IMG/VR virus record: IMGVR_UViG_3300030397_000629
DNA length: 64,000 nucleotides
Origin: a virus
Direction: 5' to 3' (one strand)
Position 1 is the stretch's first letter; each line of letters starts with the position of its first letter. The notes beneath the pieces were generated by a model, which did not search any database, was not told the origin of the DNA, and was given only the letters and a program-made list of their open reading frames with translations. Below, piece by piece: positions 63,951 through 64,000 of this stretch. A program made the translations under genes and the position numbers.

Positions 63951-64000
63951 TTATGCTTTGTTTATCTTCGCCCTTATTTCATTGATTTTATCTAATATTT
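63951..64000 (-). CDS. C-terminal fragment of an ORF starting outside the window
   Basis: reads ...ILDKINEIRAKINKA* and is followed by a GGCGGGC/GCCCGCC hairpin. Confidence 0.5.
   Translation of the reverse strand, partial: ILDKINEIRAKINKA

Noticed and set aside
1-64000. Stop-codon reassignment (alternative genetic code)
   Set aside because: Standard code gives dense, full-length genes with tight stop-start coupling
1-64000. Integrated prophage boundaries or att sites
   Set aside because: No integrase, host genes or att-like direct repeat recognised; both edges are phage early genes

Overview
The window is most of a tailed dsDNA phage genome (siphovirus-like, probably temperate) infecting a Bacteroidota host. 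The genome is longer than 64 kb, since ORFs are cut at both edges. Host assignment rests on TAnnTTTG/-33 TTG promoters, Gln(+1) signal peptides and Bacteroidota-phage protein families. Layout: minus-strand cassette-like early genes with repeated promoters (1-7.8 kb and 62.9-64 kb), containing an inverted sulfotransferase; tape measure and tail-tip genes (8-15.2 kb); a second small minus-strand block with tRNA-like/structured RNAs (15.3-17.3 kb); protease-capsid-tail tube-portal-connector genes (17.6-25.3 kb); an ~11.6 kb operon in the tail-fibre position whose proteins, including two giant fibre-repeat proteins, all carry Sec or lipoprotein signal peptides (25.3-36.9 kb); an XRE repressor switch (37 kb); replication, recombination and nuclease genes (40-55 kb); terminases, a glycosyltransferase, a frameshifting tail chaperone, a beta-barrel OMP and a neck gene (56-62.7 kb). 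The most unusual signals are the exported tail-fibre module and a genome-wide palindrome TTAAC(C/G)GTTAA (at least 32 exact copies by manual count). Two further palindromic operator families are present. No integrase, DNA polymerase, endolysin, reverse transcriptase or CRISPR array was recognised. All family assignments are from motif recognition by eye, not database searches.
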